Assembly: GCA_030264375.1 (NCBI GenBank)
Contig: JASCQW010000139.1
Coordinates: 12,454,708-12,518,707 of the forward strand
Direction of reading: 5' to 3'
DNA length: 64,000 nucleotides
From: Carcharhinus longimanus
Taxonomy: Eukaryota
Positions 25,946 through 37,565 of the stretch are shown here, piece by piece. Numbering within the stretch: position 1 is the first letter of the stretch; each line of letters begins with the position of its first letter. Made by a program: the position numbers and the translations under genes. The notes under the pieces are model-generated. The model saw only the letters and a list, made by a program, of their open reading frames with translations, did no database searches and had not been told where the DNA came from.

Positions 25946-27699
25946 GATTGCATTTCTGAATTATTCGACTTCAAAAAGACAGCTGTAGGTTTGAACTGTC
26001 ATATGCATTGGATCATAAAGGGTACATGATATCATTTCTGCGTTCACTTGATCTGTTTTATGTTTTGAAACTGCCTTTTCGTTTCATCGAAACTGTTAGC
26101 CTGGGCATTTAAGTGGAAATAGTGCCAACAGTAGTTCCAAAGTGGGGGATTGAAAGCAGAATGTAATCTCTAGAAGCCAGATAAAGTGCCATAATTATCC
26201 TTAAAATCCCAATGATGATTTATAGATCAACGTTACAGCAGTAGAATTGGATGATTTTGTTTATTATTTACAAATATTGACTTTATGCAACAAGCCCTTT
26301 TAATATAGTTTCAGAATTATGAAGAGGCTTTTTACTTCTAATTATATTTTGGATTTTAATGTCGACATAGTATATGAAGGATCTGGCTGCAAGGTTAATG
26401 TTTTTAAATTAATGGTTTGAATGAGTATGTTAACACCTGAGCAGAGATGGTGGAAATTTGACTGGTTAGGGAGGGAGAAGGGTGTGAAGAGAGCCCTAAA
26501 TGAATTTTACCATTGTCTCCAAAGTGTAATTAAAATATAATGCCATGGCCAGTCTTTGTCTCGGAACCGATTCCACAAAGCTTACAGCCACCTGGCTAAA
26601 GTCAGCCTCCTTCCAGTCCGATGTTTAGTAGCAGGCTGTCTTTGAACTTACAGGTTCTCAAATAGCTATTGTCAATGAGCAGTTGTTAATTCACAAGTTG
26701 ACGTGTATATCTGAAGTATACTTGTAAATCTGTGATATTGAACAGTTTCTTATGTTTGAAAGACCAGATTTGAGATTCCACATATAGTTTGTCATCAGTG
26801 CATTTGAGCAAAAGAGCAAAATTGAGACCAGCAGGGCAGGAATAATTATTCACCTGTTGCATGAGCTATATGCAAAAACTTTGTTTGTGAAACTGAACAT
26901 GAAATTTAGGATGTGACTGAATTCACAATTAAATCATGAGTAGAACAGATTTCTTGAGAAACGATTGGCTTATAAAATAAGCTGCAAACTTGCGCAACAA
27001 ACAGTCTGGTAATCTAGTTGGCAGAAGAACTGGTTCCAAAAGCTTAATAAACTAACAGTGTGAGATTGAGTTGATAACGAGCAGCGACTGTAGGACAAAT
27101 TGCTTGGTTTAACAGGGTGTTCTGTGGCATGGTTGCAAAGCATTTGTCACAGTTGATGTTACTGCTCGAGTTTTTAGAGCAAGAAGCTGCAAATTTCATT
27201 TCCTTAAATCCACAGTTGTTTCAAAGCAAGCTTTCTTCCTTTGCTTCCTATCTAAGCTCCAAATCCTTCAGTCTGTCATTCTCACCTCAGCCTCTTTCAC
27301 TATTTTTCTTGCAGCATATCCATCACTTGAGACTTTATTACTCCACGTCCAAATCCTGATCATTTGATTACCTTTGCTTGGCCCATTGTTTGCTCATGTT
27401 GGAAGTGTTCCCTCTGTTCAGATAATCCACCCTGTTTCTTTTAAAAACTTCTGTCACCACTGTTGATTCATCTACCTTTTTAGAGTATCAGGTCATCTCT
27501 AACCTCACCTTATCAAAACCCCATGTTTCTGCTTGAATCCTTTCAGTCCAGGTTCTACCCACCATGTTGCGCTCATTATGAGCGAAGATACCAACTATTT
27601 CCTCTTAGCTTTAATGTGGATCCATCGCTTGATGCTGTACAGTCTACAAAAATTGATTCTTTTTCCAGGACTGCATGCTACACTGCCCCTTCTCTATGC

Positions 27700-27890
27700 T
27701 GTGGAGATGCTGGCATTGGACTGGAGTAAGCACAATAAGAAGTCTCAACACCAGTTTGAAGTCCAACAGGGCCCTGTTTGTGAACAGAACTCCTGCTTAC
27801 CTGATCAAGGGGCGATGCTCCGAAAGCTTCTGGCTTGTGCTGCCAAATAAACCTGTTGGACTTTAACCTGGTGTTGAGATTTCTTACTGA
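27700..27890. mobile_element. Penelope-derived mini-element with 35-bp inverted arms around a hammerhead-like motif
   Basis: 27736-27770 is the reverse complement of 27852-27886 (32/35 match); the interior matches the PLE terminal repeat at 42695-42815. Confidence 0.8.
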
Positions 27891-27907
27891 CGTTCTGTGC
27901 CCCAGGG

Positions 27908-28170
27908 TCCTGCTGAAAATCCCCTGCAGTATGGTGGCTTTGCAGTGCCAGGGACCCAGATTTGATTCTGGGCTTGAGTTTGCACGTTCTCCCCAGGTCT
28001 GCGTAAGTTTCCTCCCACAGCCCAAAGGTTAGGTAGTTTGGTCATGGTAAAAATGCACAGGATTACAAGGATAGGGTAGAGGGGTGGGCCTGGATAAGAT
28101 GCTCCTTTTGGAGAGTCAGTGCTGACTCAATAGGCCAAATGGCCTCCTGTACAGTAAGGATTTTAAGGTT
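27908..28170 (+). mobile_element. HE1-like SINE
   Basis: gccagggacccagatttgattct...gagtttgcacgttctcccc...tttcctcccacagcccaaag. Confidence 0.75.
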
Positions 28171-28779
28171 CTTCATTAGGCTATCTGGGCGAAATATCCA
28201 AATCATTAGTATAGCAGCTCAAATATATACTGTGAAACCCAATTCTGTCCCATCATTTTACTTAATGCCATGACTGTTCCTTGTCAAACTGCCTGTCCGA
28301 TGTCAAGTTGAGGCAAGTCATTTTCTATCAGTTGAATGTTGGGAAGGCAAGGACTTCGCTTTGGCCCCAACGTAAACTTCATTTCCTGTCATTAATTCAA
28401 TATTCCCCCCCCATCTGTTTACCTTAGCTGCATCACATTGTACATAACTTCAATACTTCATCCTGTTTGGTAAGGTGGTGAGCTTCAAATACCTGAGCTA
28501 CCGAGATGTTTTCTTTCATCCCGACCACATCTGTTACGTTGGCCAGCCTCTCTCCTCCACTACAGCCAGAGATTTCGCCAAGTCTTCCTCATTTTTTTTG
28601 CCACTCAACTCCACCTTCGCGCCCTTTCCCAGGTGTTGCAAGTCTAAAGTAGAACCAGAAAACACTGAAAATACTCGGCAGGTCTGGCAACACCTGTGAA
28701 GAAAGAAATGTTTAATGTTTTCAGCCAATGACCTTGTTTGAGACCTGGGAAAATTTCCAAAACCTAAAAGTACCAATTG

Positions 28780-28945
28780 CACAGTCCAAAGATGTGCAAG
28801 TTAGGTGGACTAAATATGCTAAATTGCTCCCAACTGTCAGCGAGATTAGCAGGGTAAATGTGTGATTACAGGGATAGAGCTTGGGTGGGATTGTGGGCTT
28901 GATGAGCTGAATGGCCTCCTCCTGTGCTGTAGGGATCCTATGATC
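28780..28945 (+). mobile_element. HE1-like SINE 3' half
   Basis: cacagtccaaagatgtgcaagttagg...gctgaatggcctcctcctgtgctgtagggatcctatga. Confidence 0.78.
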
Positions 28946-29374
28946 CTCACTTGAGTCCCCTTACAATTACCTTGATTCTTGTGTTCTACGCCAGACCTTT
29001 ATTCCTCCAACTCTGACTTACTATGCTTCTCCCTGTTTGAGTTTCACCATTGACAAAGCCTTTAACTGTTTCAACTTGATTTCTGAAATTCCAGCCAATT
29101 GTCTATTCACTCCCCCGCCCCCCCCAATCTTATGCTTTGACAAAAAAAAGTATTAAATCACATCTTTGGTCATATCCTTTAACATCCCAACTTTATCTTT
29201 TTCCTCCTTGGGACATCTTTCTGCACTAAGAGAGCCTAAAATACACAGTTTTAATGTGCTTAACTTTTAAAAGTTGAAAACTCAGTTTGTGATTGTGTGT
29301 AGGACATGATTTTATTTTGGACCCTCCAATCAAAGCCATATATAAAGCAGCTCAGCTTCAAAATGTATAAAAGG

Positions 29375-29515
29375 AAGGTTTGAAGTGCGAAAGACATGAG
29401 GTTTTGGAGCACTGCTTCATCAGGCGAGTGTGACACTCAGCTAATGAAAGAGCTTTGCTCCGAAAGCTCGTGCTACCAAATAAATCTTCAGGAATTTAAC
29501 CTGGTGTCATGAGAA
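29375..29515. mobile_element. Penelope-derived fold-back element made of two inverted hammerhead-like motifs
   Basis: cttcatcaggcgagtg / cactcagctaatgaaagagctttgctccgaaagctcgtg, followed by ccaaataaa...tttaacctggtgt as in the PLE repeat. Confidence 0.7.
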
Positions 29516-29719
29516 TGAAGTTTCTACTATTACTACTTGACAATTTCCGAAGAGTTGAAATATATGATACTGCACAGTTGGGATTTAGTATATTATCCAG
29601 TACTTCCATTATTTAGTTTCTTGTCTGCAGGAGTTTTAATGTGTCAAACCATTGTGCAAGAAACATCTTTGGAAGGTTATTTGGTGTTTCTGGCCTTTAG
29701 AACCTCCACCACACACACT

Positions 29720-30250
29720 ATGCTGCAACCTCAGTGGGATTGCCATCTCTGCCCTATCTTCTCTCATCTGCTACTGTGACTCTTGTCTTTGTTTCTGATG
29801 CTTCTAGATTGGGTTATTCTAATATTTTTTGGCTGGTCTCCCAACATTTCACCTTCCAAACTTTGCTTTCATATTCTCTCTTCTGTCATATTCTAGCCTG
29901 CACCAAGTCCCACTAACTATCACCCGCTCTGTGTGCTGATGTGCCACCTGGGCCTCTGTTTGGAATTCTCAACCTGGAGTTCAAATCCTTTCATGGCCCC
30001 TCCTTGCTCGCTTGCGCTTTCACCCCCCCAGGAACCCTGCATTCCTGTAACTTTGGACTCTATGCAACCTCCATCTGTTTGATCCACCATTGGCTGTTGC
30101 ATCTTTAACTATGAAGACACTAAACTCAGGAATTCTTTCCCTAAATTTGTCTGTCTCCCTGTATTAGCGCCCTCCTTCAAGCCAAGCTTTAGCCAGCTGT
30201 CCTGATATGTGGTGTTCTGGCTCATTGTCAGCATTTGTTCAGAAGTACCT
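29720..30250 (+). mobile_element. L2-like LINE 3' fragment
   Basis: tcacccgctctgtgtgctgatgtgccacctgg...ttcaaatcctttcatggcccc...ccaccattggctgttgcatcttt...aggaattctttccctaaa. Confidence 0.6.
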
Positions 30251-30304
30251 CACATGCCTCCAAAATACCTCCCTGGCTTTAAACCACTTTGAGACATGCT
30301 GAGA

Positions 30305-30518
30305 TCATGAACGGTAAAGTTGCTGTAGTCCCAGATAACCATAGGCTGCTCCCCACTTGGAAGGGTTTAACCTGAGGATCACCACACCTGAGGTGAAGGG
30401 CAAGGTTGAGAAGGTGCACCATGAATAACCTCAACCGATACAGAACTTGAACCTGCATTGTTGATGTCGCACTGTACCACAAACCAGCCGTCCAGCCAAC
30501 TGAGCTAAATGGTTCCCA
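30305..30518 (-). mobile_element. tRNA-derived SINE (another family)
   Basis: Minus strand has box A TAGCTCAGTTGG and box B GGTTCAAGTTC, followed by a unique body. Confidence 0.65.
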
Positions 30519-30734
30519 TGAGAACGTGTAAGATGCTATATGAATGTCTGCCTTTCTGTGCTCATGTGAAACACATTTTGATCTTGTACGTTAAAGGTGG
30601 TATGTTCCTTTGGTTGTACTCTTGCAGTAGCAACAATATGTTTAGAGGTTGAAATTATTTTATTGATTTCTAATTTGTATTACTGCATAAATAGTTTTTT
30701 TAAGCATGAGAAATAGTACTGTTTCTTTACGGAA

Positions 30735-31385
30735 TGCCAGCGTCCGTCATCGCCGCCAATATGCCAGCTCAGCCTTGGGCCTACCTGAGAGAAAGACAAT
30801 TTGAACATCAGGGGCTCAAATCCAAGGCGAAGGCCATGATTTACCAGGCAGCAGTGCTACAGAGAATTGGGCAATCTGCAGCAGGTATCTCAAAGTGCTG
30901 AAGAAAAGTCACCAGCAACGCCTTTGCAAGATCCTTTAAATCCAATGGGAGGGAAAGTGGCTTAATACAATAACATCTTTTTCCAAGCTTGCTTGCCCAG
31001 TATTGAGGCACTAATCACCCCAAACCAACTGTCATTCATATGTCTGACACCAGACTCCTGAAGCAACTACTCTACCGTGAACTTAGTCATGACTTGAGAC
31101 TCCCACAGGACAATAGAAAAGCTTTAGGAATGTCCTCAAAGCATCCTTGAATTGATCAAACATGCCATTCGACTCGTGGAAGATTCTAGTTTGTGACCTA
31201 ACGAAAGAGAAGATTCAACATGCAAAGTTGAGGCACTGGAGGAGCACACAAACTTCCAAACAGCCTATCTACCCAATCCTTAAAAGAATCACCTGACCCA
31301 TGTATGACAGCGTCTGTAGATTGCCCATTGGGTTTTCACATGGCAGATATGACCGTTGTAGTGGAATGGAAGCAATTCATCTTCT
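30735..31385 (+). mobile_element. RTE-clade LINE 3' fragment, decayed
   Basis: Frames resemble the RTE C-terminus: ASSA-G-L, K-MIYQAAV, SRYLKVLKKSHQQRLCKIL-IQW, RLLKQLLY-EL. Confidence 0.7.
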
Positions 31386-31950
31386 ATCCTGAGAAGTGTT
31401 TACACCAGTATTTGAGAATTTTATTTATTGCATTTAAACCATCAGCAATGTAGAAGTCATCTAACAATTGTTCAAAAGTCTTAATTTTTATGTTCTTCAT
31501 TTTAAATCCCTTATTCAAATGATAAGTATTGACTATCCTCTTTGCTAAGTTCAGAGAATATGTGTAGAGGAAGACTGACAAAATACAAGACAATATCATG
31601 TGGAATAGAATAGAGAGATGGTGATGAATTTAGAGTATTTTAAACAGTTAAATTTTGTTTCTCCCTGGAATTCACCTTCAGATTTTATCGCTGTCTAACA
31701 TTTCATTAAACCACTTGTGTAATATAAACCACTTCTGTAGTATAAAGATCCTATCAAATTCCTTTGTTTTCAACTTTCAACTGCTTTATTGTAATTGAAC
31801 GTCTGACTTGCAGATCAGTTTGTATAGTAAAACCTGAAATTTTCTCTGATATATACATTAGCAATAATTGAATGGACAGCTCGGTAATTAACATAACTAG
31901 GCAAAAATCTCTGCTGTGGTCAGTGAGAAACTAAATTAAGTAAATGAAAC

Positions 31951-32050
31951 AGAACTGCCGCCAAAAATTGTGGCTTTCTTTGCATCTCTAAATAAAATTG
32001 AGGTCAATAACACTTTGGAAAATGTAATCCCTTGCATCACTTGCTTACCA
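31951..32050 (+). repeat. ~100-bp direct repeat, copy 1 (copy 2 at 32616-32719)
   Basis: gaactgcc-cc...attgtggctttctttgcatctct...ataaaattgaggtcaataac...aaatgtaatcccttgcat...taccacttc present twice. Confidence 0.9.
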
Positions 32051-32717
32051 CTTCAGAAAATATGGCTGGAATTTTTAATGTGGTTAAGTAAAAATTCCCT
32101 CAAATGCTGAAGAGAATCCTAAATAGCATGATGCACCTCCTAGATCAGAAATATCAAACCAGAAGATATTCTGATCCAATTAAAGGATTGAGAAATTGCT
32201 GTTCCTTTTTCTTTTAAATGCCAAATCTGTGGATTGGATTTTGATTAGTACAGTGACTACTTTACTTACCTTTGCCATAGTTAGGATGCACAAAAAACCA
32301 GTGCTGCTGGGTTTTTTAAAAAGCTATCAAGCTTGTATGATCTGTATCTTGAGTAATGCTACATTGCATATACAAATTTAATAACATTACATTTGGGTAA
32401 TAACATTTCATCTGTTGTGAACAGGAGGTAGGTTCATTTTAATTTAAACTGCCCAGATTCTTCTCACTACCTGTCCGTAAACAGTTTTTTAATTTTTTTC
32501 CCTCCATGCCCCACCCCCAGCCTTCCAATTTATGTTCTCCAACCCTTAAATTTGGAGTGGTCCAAAGCTCTAGGAATAAGTCGCACGACAAACTGAAGAT
32601 CAGACGAAGTAAAAGAGAACTGCCACCAAGCATTGTGGCTTTCTTTGCATCTCTGCATAAAATTGAGGTCAATAACCCTTTGGGAAATGTAATCCCTTGC
32701 ATGATTTGTATACCACT

Positions 32718-33138
32718 TCTGCCCAAGACTGCAAAAAAACTGCAAGGGGTCGTGAATGAAGCCCAGTCCATCATGCACACCAGCCTCCCATTCATTTACT
32801 CTGTGTACACTTCCCATGGTTTCGGAAAAGCAGTTGGTGTAATTAAGGACCCCATGCACTCTGAGTATATTCCCTTCCACCTTCTGTCAGGAAAGAGATA
32901 TAAAAGTCTGAGGTCACGTACTAACCAATTCATGAACAGTTTCTTCCCTGCTGCCATCAGACTTGTGAATGGTCCGATCTCGCACTAAACTGATCTTTCT
33001 CTACACTCTAGCTATGACTGTAAAACTAGATTCACTCTCTCCTTTTCTTCTCCATGAATGGTATGCTTAGTCTGTATAGCATACAAGAAACAATATTTTT
33101 CACTATATTAATACATGTGACAATAAATCAAATCAAAT
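32718..33138 (+). mobile_element. Rex1/Babar LINE 3' end
   Basis: KKLQGVVNEAQSI...LLSGKRYKSLRSRTNQFMNSFFPAAIRLVN; tail gacaataaatcaaatcaaa. Confidence 0.88.
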
Positions 33139-36100
33139 TTTTAAAAAGGTTGGTTTATTGCACACAGCACAGGAAAGGGGTTCAGGGCCAGACCTCCATG
33201 ATGTATGTTATGATTTTACATGAGTCGAGAATCAAAGGTCGAATGGAGTTTTCCTTAAGTGGGTAGGTTGATAGTTGCAGGGTGATCTGTCTATTCAGAA
33301 GTGAAACTTCCATGAGGAATTAAGTTACATAGCGTTGAATTAGCCTTGAAGGCACTAGTTCCAATGCCCCCGTAAATAAGTATAGATAAGGGCCAGGCAA
33401 TTATACCGGGACAGAGCTCTTTTGGCTGCCACCTGTTTGATGTTAAAATGGTAGGCATCAACAGGCCATTCATCTGGAGTTGCTGTTTTCTTCAGAGGTC
33501 AAGCAATGATGGAGGGTAAGGTCCAACAGCTTATCAATTAACTAAATTCAGACAGCTCAAGTAAGGGTCATGTGACTGTAGTTTTGGATTGACTGATGAG
33601 GTCCCTGGTTGAAACCTGTTGTTTTGGAGCATGTAACACTAGTACCACATTGGATATTAGGAATTGCAAACAGCTGCCTTTGTCCTTGGAGACACAACAT
33701 CTCGGGGCCAGAATTCTTTTTCAGAAATGCAAAGGTTTGTGCAGCGACAGGAAGAGGCGTTAGTGCCTTTTTTTAAAGAAAGCAAAACTCTGCTGTTTCT
33801 CTGGAAGTCAGAAAATCCTCTGGGATGAGTCGTGGCTAGTGAGGGTAAAGCTTTGTCCATTTAAAAAAAAAAATGATTATACAGAGTAGCTGGTTGATGT
33901 GGATATGTATTTATATTTTTCTTCCAATCTCAACTGGGACACATCTTCTATTTTGGGTCTCTTGGGATACTCAAGTATCCTATAACTGAGAGAAGAACCA
34001 CAACCAAATTCTAGGCTATCTTTTTTTGAGTTGTTCTGTAGAATGTGGTAACCCACCCAGTTCAAATGGAGGAGAAGCATACAGAATTGGGATGCAAGAC
34101 ATCGAGAGTGTAATTTACAAGGTCTTTTTGCCCTAATTAATAGTGACTAAACACTTGAGAATTTTAAAATGTACGCAAGGAGTTAATTGCTTGCAGTTTT
34201 AGTAGCCACAGGACTCATCTAAATGACACTGAAATTGAATGAAGCTATAAAGTTGGCTTCAAAACCATATTAGTGAATAATTGTCTCATCATGTTGTTTT
34301 TGGACACACGAGAACTGTCCCATTATATTTTTGTTGCACAAATGCAGAACAAATCTGTTTGCAAGNNNNNNNNNNNNNNNNNNNNNNNNNNNNNNNNNNN
34401 NNNNNNNNNNNNNNNNNNNNNNNNNNNNNNNNNNNNNNNNNNNNNNNNNNNNNNNNNNNNNNNNNTGCAAGCAATGGTCACATAGCTTTTGTTTTCTGCT
34501 TTAGTTGTGCTTATTTGCTCTTAATCAATTTCCAAGAAATTGGGCAGAATCATGTTGTGGTTTGTATGAACAGACAATAGAGGGATAGTCATGAAGTATA
34601 CATGTTCTTTCCTGCAAATTTTGTCTTTTATTCTTTTGGCTTTTGTGATTCCAGGTATGATTTTATTTAAATTGAGATAAAACTAAGATATTATAAACAA
34701 TTCAACATATTTTTTAGTCTTCTCATTGTGTATGGTGAGTCATTCCGTTTATCTACAACATAAAAGGAGATACCATTACCTGCTTCATTAAGAAAACCTT
34801 TCACTTGTGTATTATGATACCTGACAGATGGCTTTAAAGCTTTAATTTTAATCTAAACATTTGAGGAATTAAAGTCAAACTAACAATTTGGTGTGTCAAA
34901 ACAATACTTTTAAAAGCTGAGTTACACTGAAGGGTATGTACCATCAACAATGTCAAATAAGGTGTTGGCTGTTTCTAATTTAACTATGCACTCTGGTTGA
35001 GATCACCAAACAAAAATTTAAATAGATAATGTATTGACTCTTTTTTTTCCATTCTAGTTTCATTCTTCCCCATTCTGATAGCAGAGGATCTCAGTTTAAT
35101 TGAGGTCAAATCCCAGCAAACCAATCTTATAGTCTTTTCCACTTTAGAGAAAGACTATCTAGGTTAGGAACTTAGAAACATGGACATAAAGTGTCATTAA
35201 TGTTGCTTGTTCTAATTTGTCACACCTCAGCTCTTTCCAATATTTTTATCTCTTAAATGCTGGTAGCTCCAGGAAATTTGATCTTTCTCAAGCTTGACGT
35301 TTAAGATTTCAGCTCATTGACCATGATGCTGCAGCAAGCTTTAAAATACGAGGATTGATACTGTCTTCAAGATTTTAAAGCTTGTGTTAACTCTATACAA
35401 CTAACACTACAGATGTATTCTCAACACACTGTTCTTCCTGATCCAGTTAACTATTCTTTACTAAATACTACAGCCCCTCTTATCTGGAATGTTTGGAATT
35501 AAGGCATTTCTGGATTTTGGCATTTTCTGAACTTTGGAACTAAGTTAGAATACCTAATTATACATATGTAAATTGGTTATAAATTTATACCAAAATCATT
35601 AACATTATAAAGCAGTACAAGTTTTTATTTATCTGAAGACTATTGTCCGTGTTTCCAAAGTGCTATGTCCTTTTAATGTTAGGAAACAAATTTATCTTGA
35701 GTGTTGAATGAGCTTGGCATTTGGGTGCTGACTTGGTAAGTCAGAAGACACCAATGTAACTCAGTGAATATGGGAAAAATAGGAGGTCAAGTGGCAAAGC
35801 CGGGAAGATGGCTAGTGGCTTCAAGCATTACTGTGTTTCTGCTCCTGTCTACCTGCTGTACAGACTTCTTACCTCAGATTGGTGACTCTGAATCACAATG
35901 TTTCTAGGCAACATCTCTGTAGAAATTGGTATTTAGAAAAAAAATGTGCTAAAGGGCAATTTTTTAGTCAGTTGAATCAGTATTTTACAAATTGATATAT
36001 AGAACATACACTGGGGAGTTGAATTGGACAGCAGTCTACTTTAGCTTCAAAATCTAGATGTCTTGAGTTGGTTGTGTTAACTGCGCTAGTTTTTCTTGTT

Positions 36101-36296
36101 ACCAAATCTTTTTCCACATTAAATTCCAAGGTTCTTTAGTCAACTAATTCTTGCCTAATTAGGCTAACTGGATAGGATGTTTACCTGTTACAAGTAGTTT
36201 TTATTTGGCAACCCAACTAAAACAAAACACATTCAACTGTGGAGAAAATCGGTCTCCATTGCACATACTGTCCCTTTACTATTATCAAACTAGGAT

Positions 36297-36990
36297 GCTT
36301 TTTTTATTATCACATGTATTGGTATGCAGTGAAAAGTATTGTTTCTTGTGCTATATAGACCAAGCTTAACATTGAGTGCATAGGGAAGAAGGAAAGGAGA
36401 GGATGCAGAATATAGTGTTACAGTCTTAGCAAGAGTGTAGAGAACCATCAACTTAATGCGAGGTAGGTCCATTCAAAAGTCTGATGGCAGCAGGGAAGAG
36501 GCTGTCCTTAAGTCAGTTGTGATGTGGAGTTGCCGGCATTGGACTGGAATAGGCATGGTAAGTAGTCTCTCAACACCAGGTTAAAGTCCAACAGGTTCAT
36601 TTGGTAGCACAGTTGGCACGTGGTCTCAGATTTTTGTATCTTTTTTCCTGATGGAGGAAGATGGAAGAGAGNNNNNNNNNNNNNNNNNNNNNNNNNNNNN
36701 NNNNNNNNNNNNNNNNNNNNNNNNNNNNNNNNNNNNNNNNNNNNNNNNNNNNNNNNNNNNNNNNNNNNNNNGAAGAGAGGGTGCATGAGGTCCTTGATTA
36801 TGCTGGCTGCTTTTGAGGCAATGGGAAGTGTAGATGTAATCAGTGGATGGGAGGCTGGAATCAAAAGAGAAAACGCTGGAAAATCTCAGGTCTGGCAGCA
36901 TCTGCAAGGAGAGAAAAGAGCTGACATTTCGGGTCCAGATAACCCTTTGTCAGAGATGGAGTGGAAGCTGGTTTGTGTGATGTTAAATGT
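36297..36990 (-). mobile_element. Rex1/Babar 3' end carrying two nested PLE-terminal fragments (36520-36612, 36860-36957)
   Basis: Reverse complement of the 32718-33138 type sequence, interrupted by ...caacaccaggttaaagtccaacagg... and by gaaaacgctggaaatctcagg...ctttgtcagag. Confidence 0.8.
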
Positions 36991-37329
36991 AATAAAGTAG
37001 ACACGTTTGTTCTGAAAATAAGATTTATGATGGATTTGTTTTCCATTTAAAATGAAGGGGTATAAACTTTATGGTCAGCATAAGAATTCTGTTCTTGCAT
37101 AGCACAGTCTGATGTTGTGAAGTCATCTGCATTCTCATGGATAATTTGGCAAATTCATGAAGCTGAAGACAACCTCACATCACTATCATTTGTGTTTCTT
37201 GGATTAGCTTTTTTTATGTCAGCCAGAAGCTTATTAGTCTACTGCTTTTCACCAGTGAGTTTAGTGTTCAATCTGATATCTTAATCTCCCTTCATATTAA
37301 AAGTTAATTTTAGTGGGAATCTGGTCTTA

Positions 37330-37565
37330 TAAGAACATAACATAAGAAATAGGAGCANNNNNNNNNNNNNNNNNNNNNNNNNNNNNNNNNNNNNNNNNNN
37401 NNNNNNNNNNNNNNNNNNNNNNNNNNNNNNNNNNNNNNNNNNNNNNNNNNNNNNNNNTTTTGCCTGGCACCCTTCTTAAACAACGGCGTAACATTAGCCG
37501 TTTTCCAATCTTCCGGCACTTCCCCGGAATCCAGTGACGTCTGGAAAATAACCACCACCTGATCC
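37330..37565 (-). mobile_element. Young CR1, middle collapsed into a gap
   Basis: Tail taagaacataacataagaaataggagca; after the gap IFQTSLDSGEVPEDWKTANVTPLFKKG, with CpGs intact. Confidence 0.9.

Larger units (their letters stand above)
27400..29255 (+). mobile_element. Old L2-like LINE broken by nested insertions
   Basis: Pyrimidine-rich L2-like segments (27400-27695, 28180-28635, 28950-29255) interrupted by a PLE mini-element, two HE1-like SINEs and a PLE fragment. Confidence 0.5.

Noticed and set aside
32506-32988. 160-aa ORF as a novel gene
   Set aside because: The C-terminal half is Rex1 ORF remnant and the N-terminal half is duplicated intronic sequence; there is no promoter or splice support.
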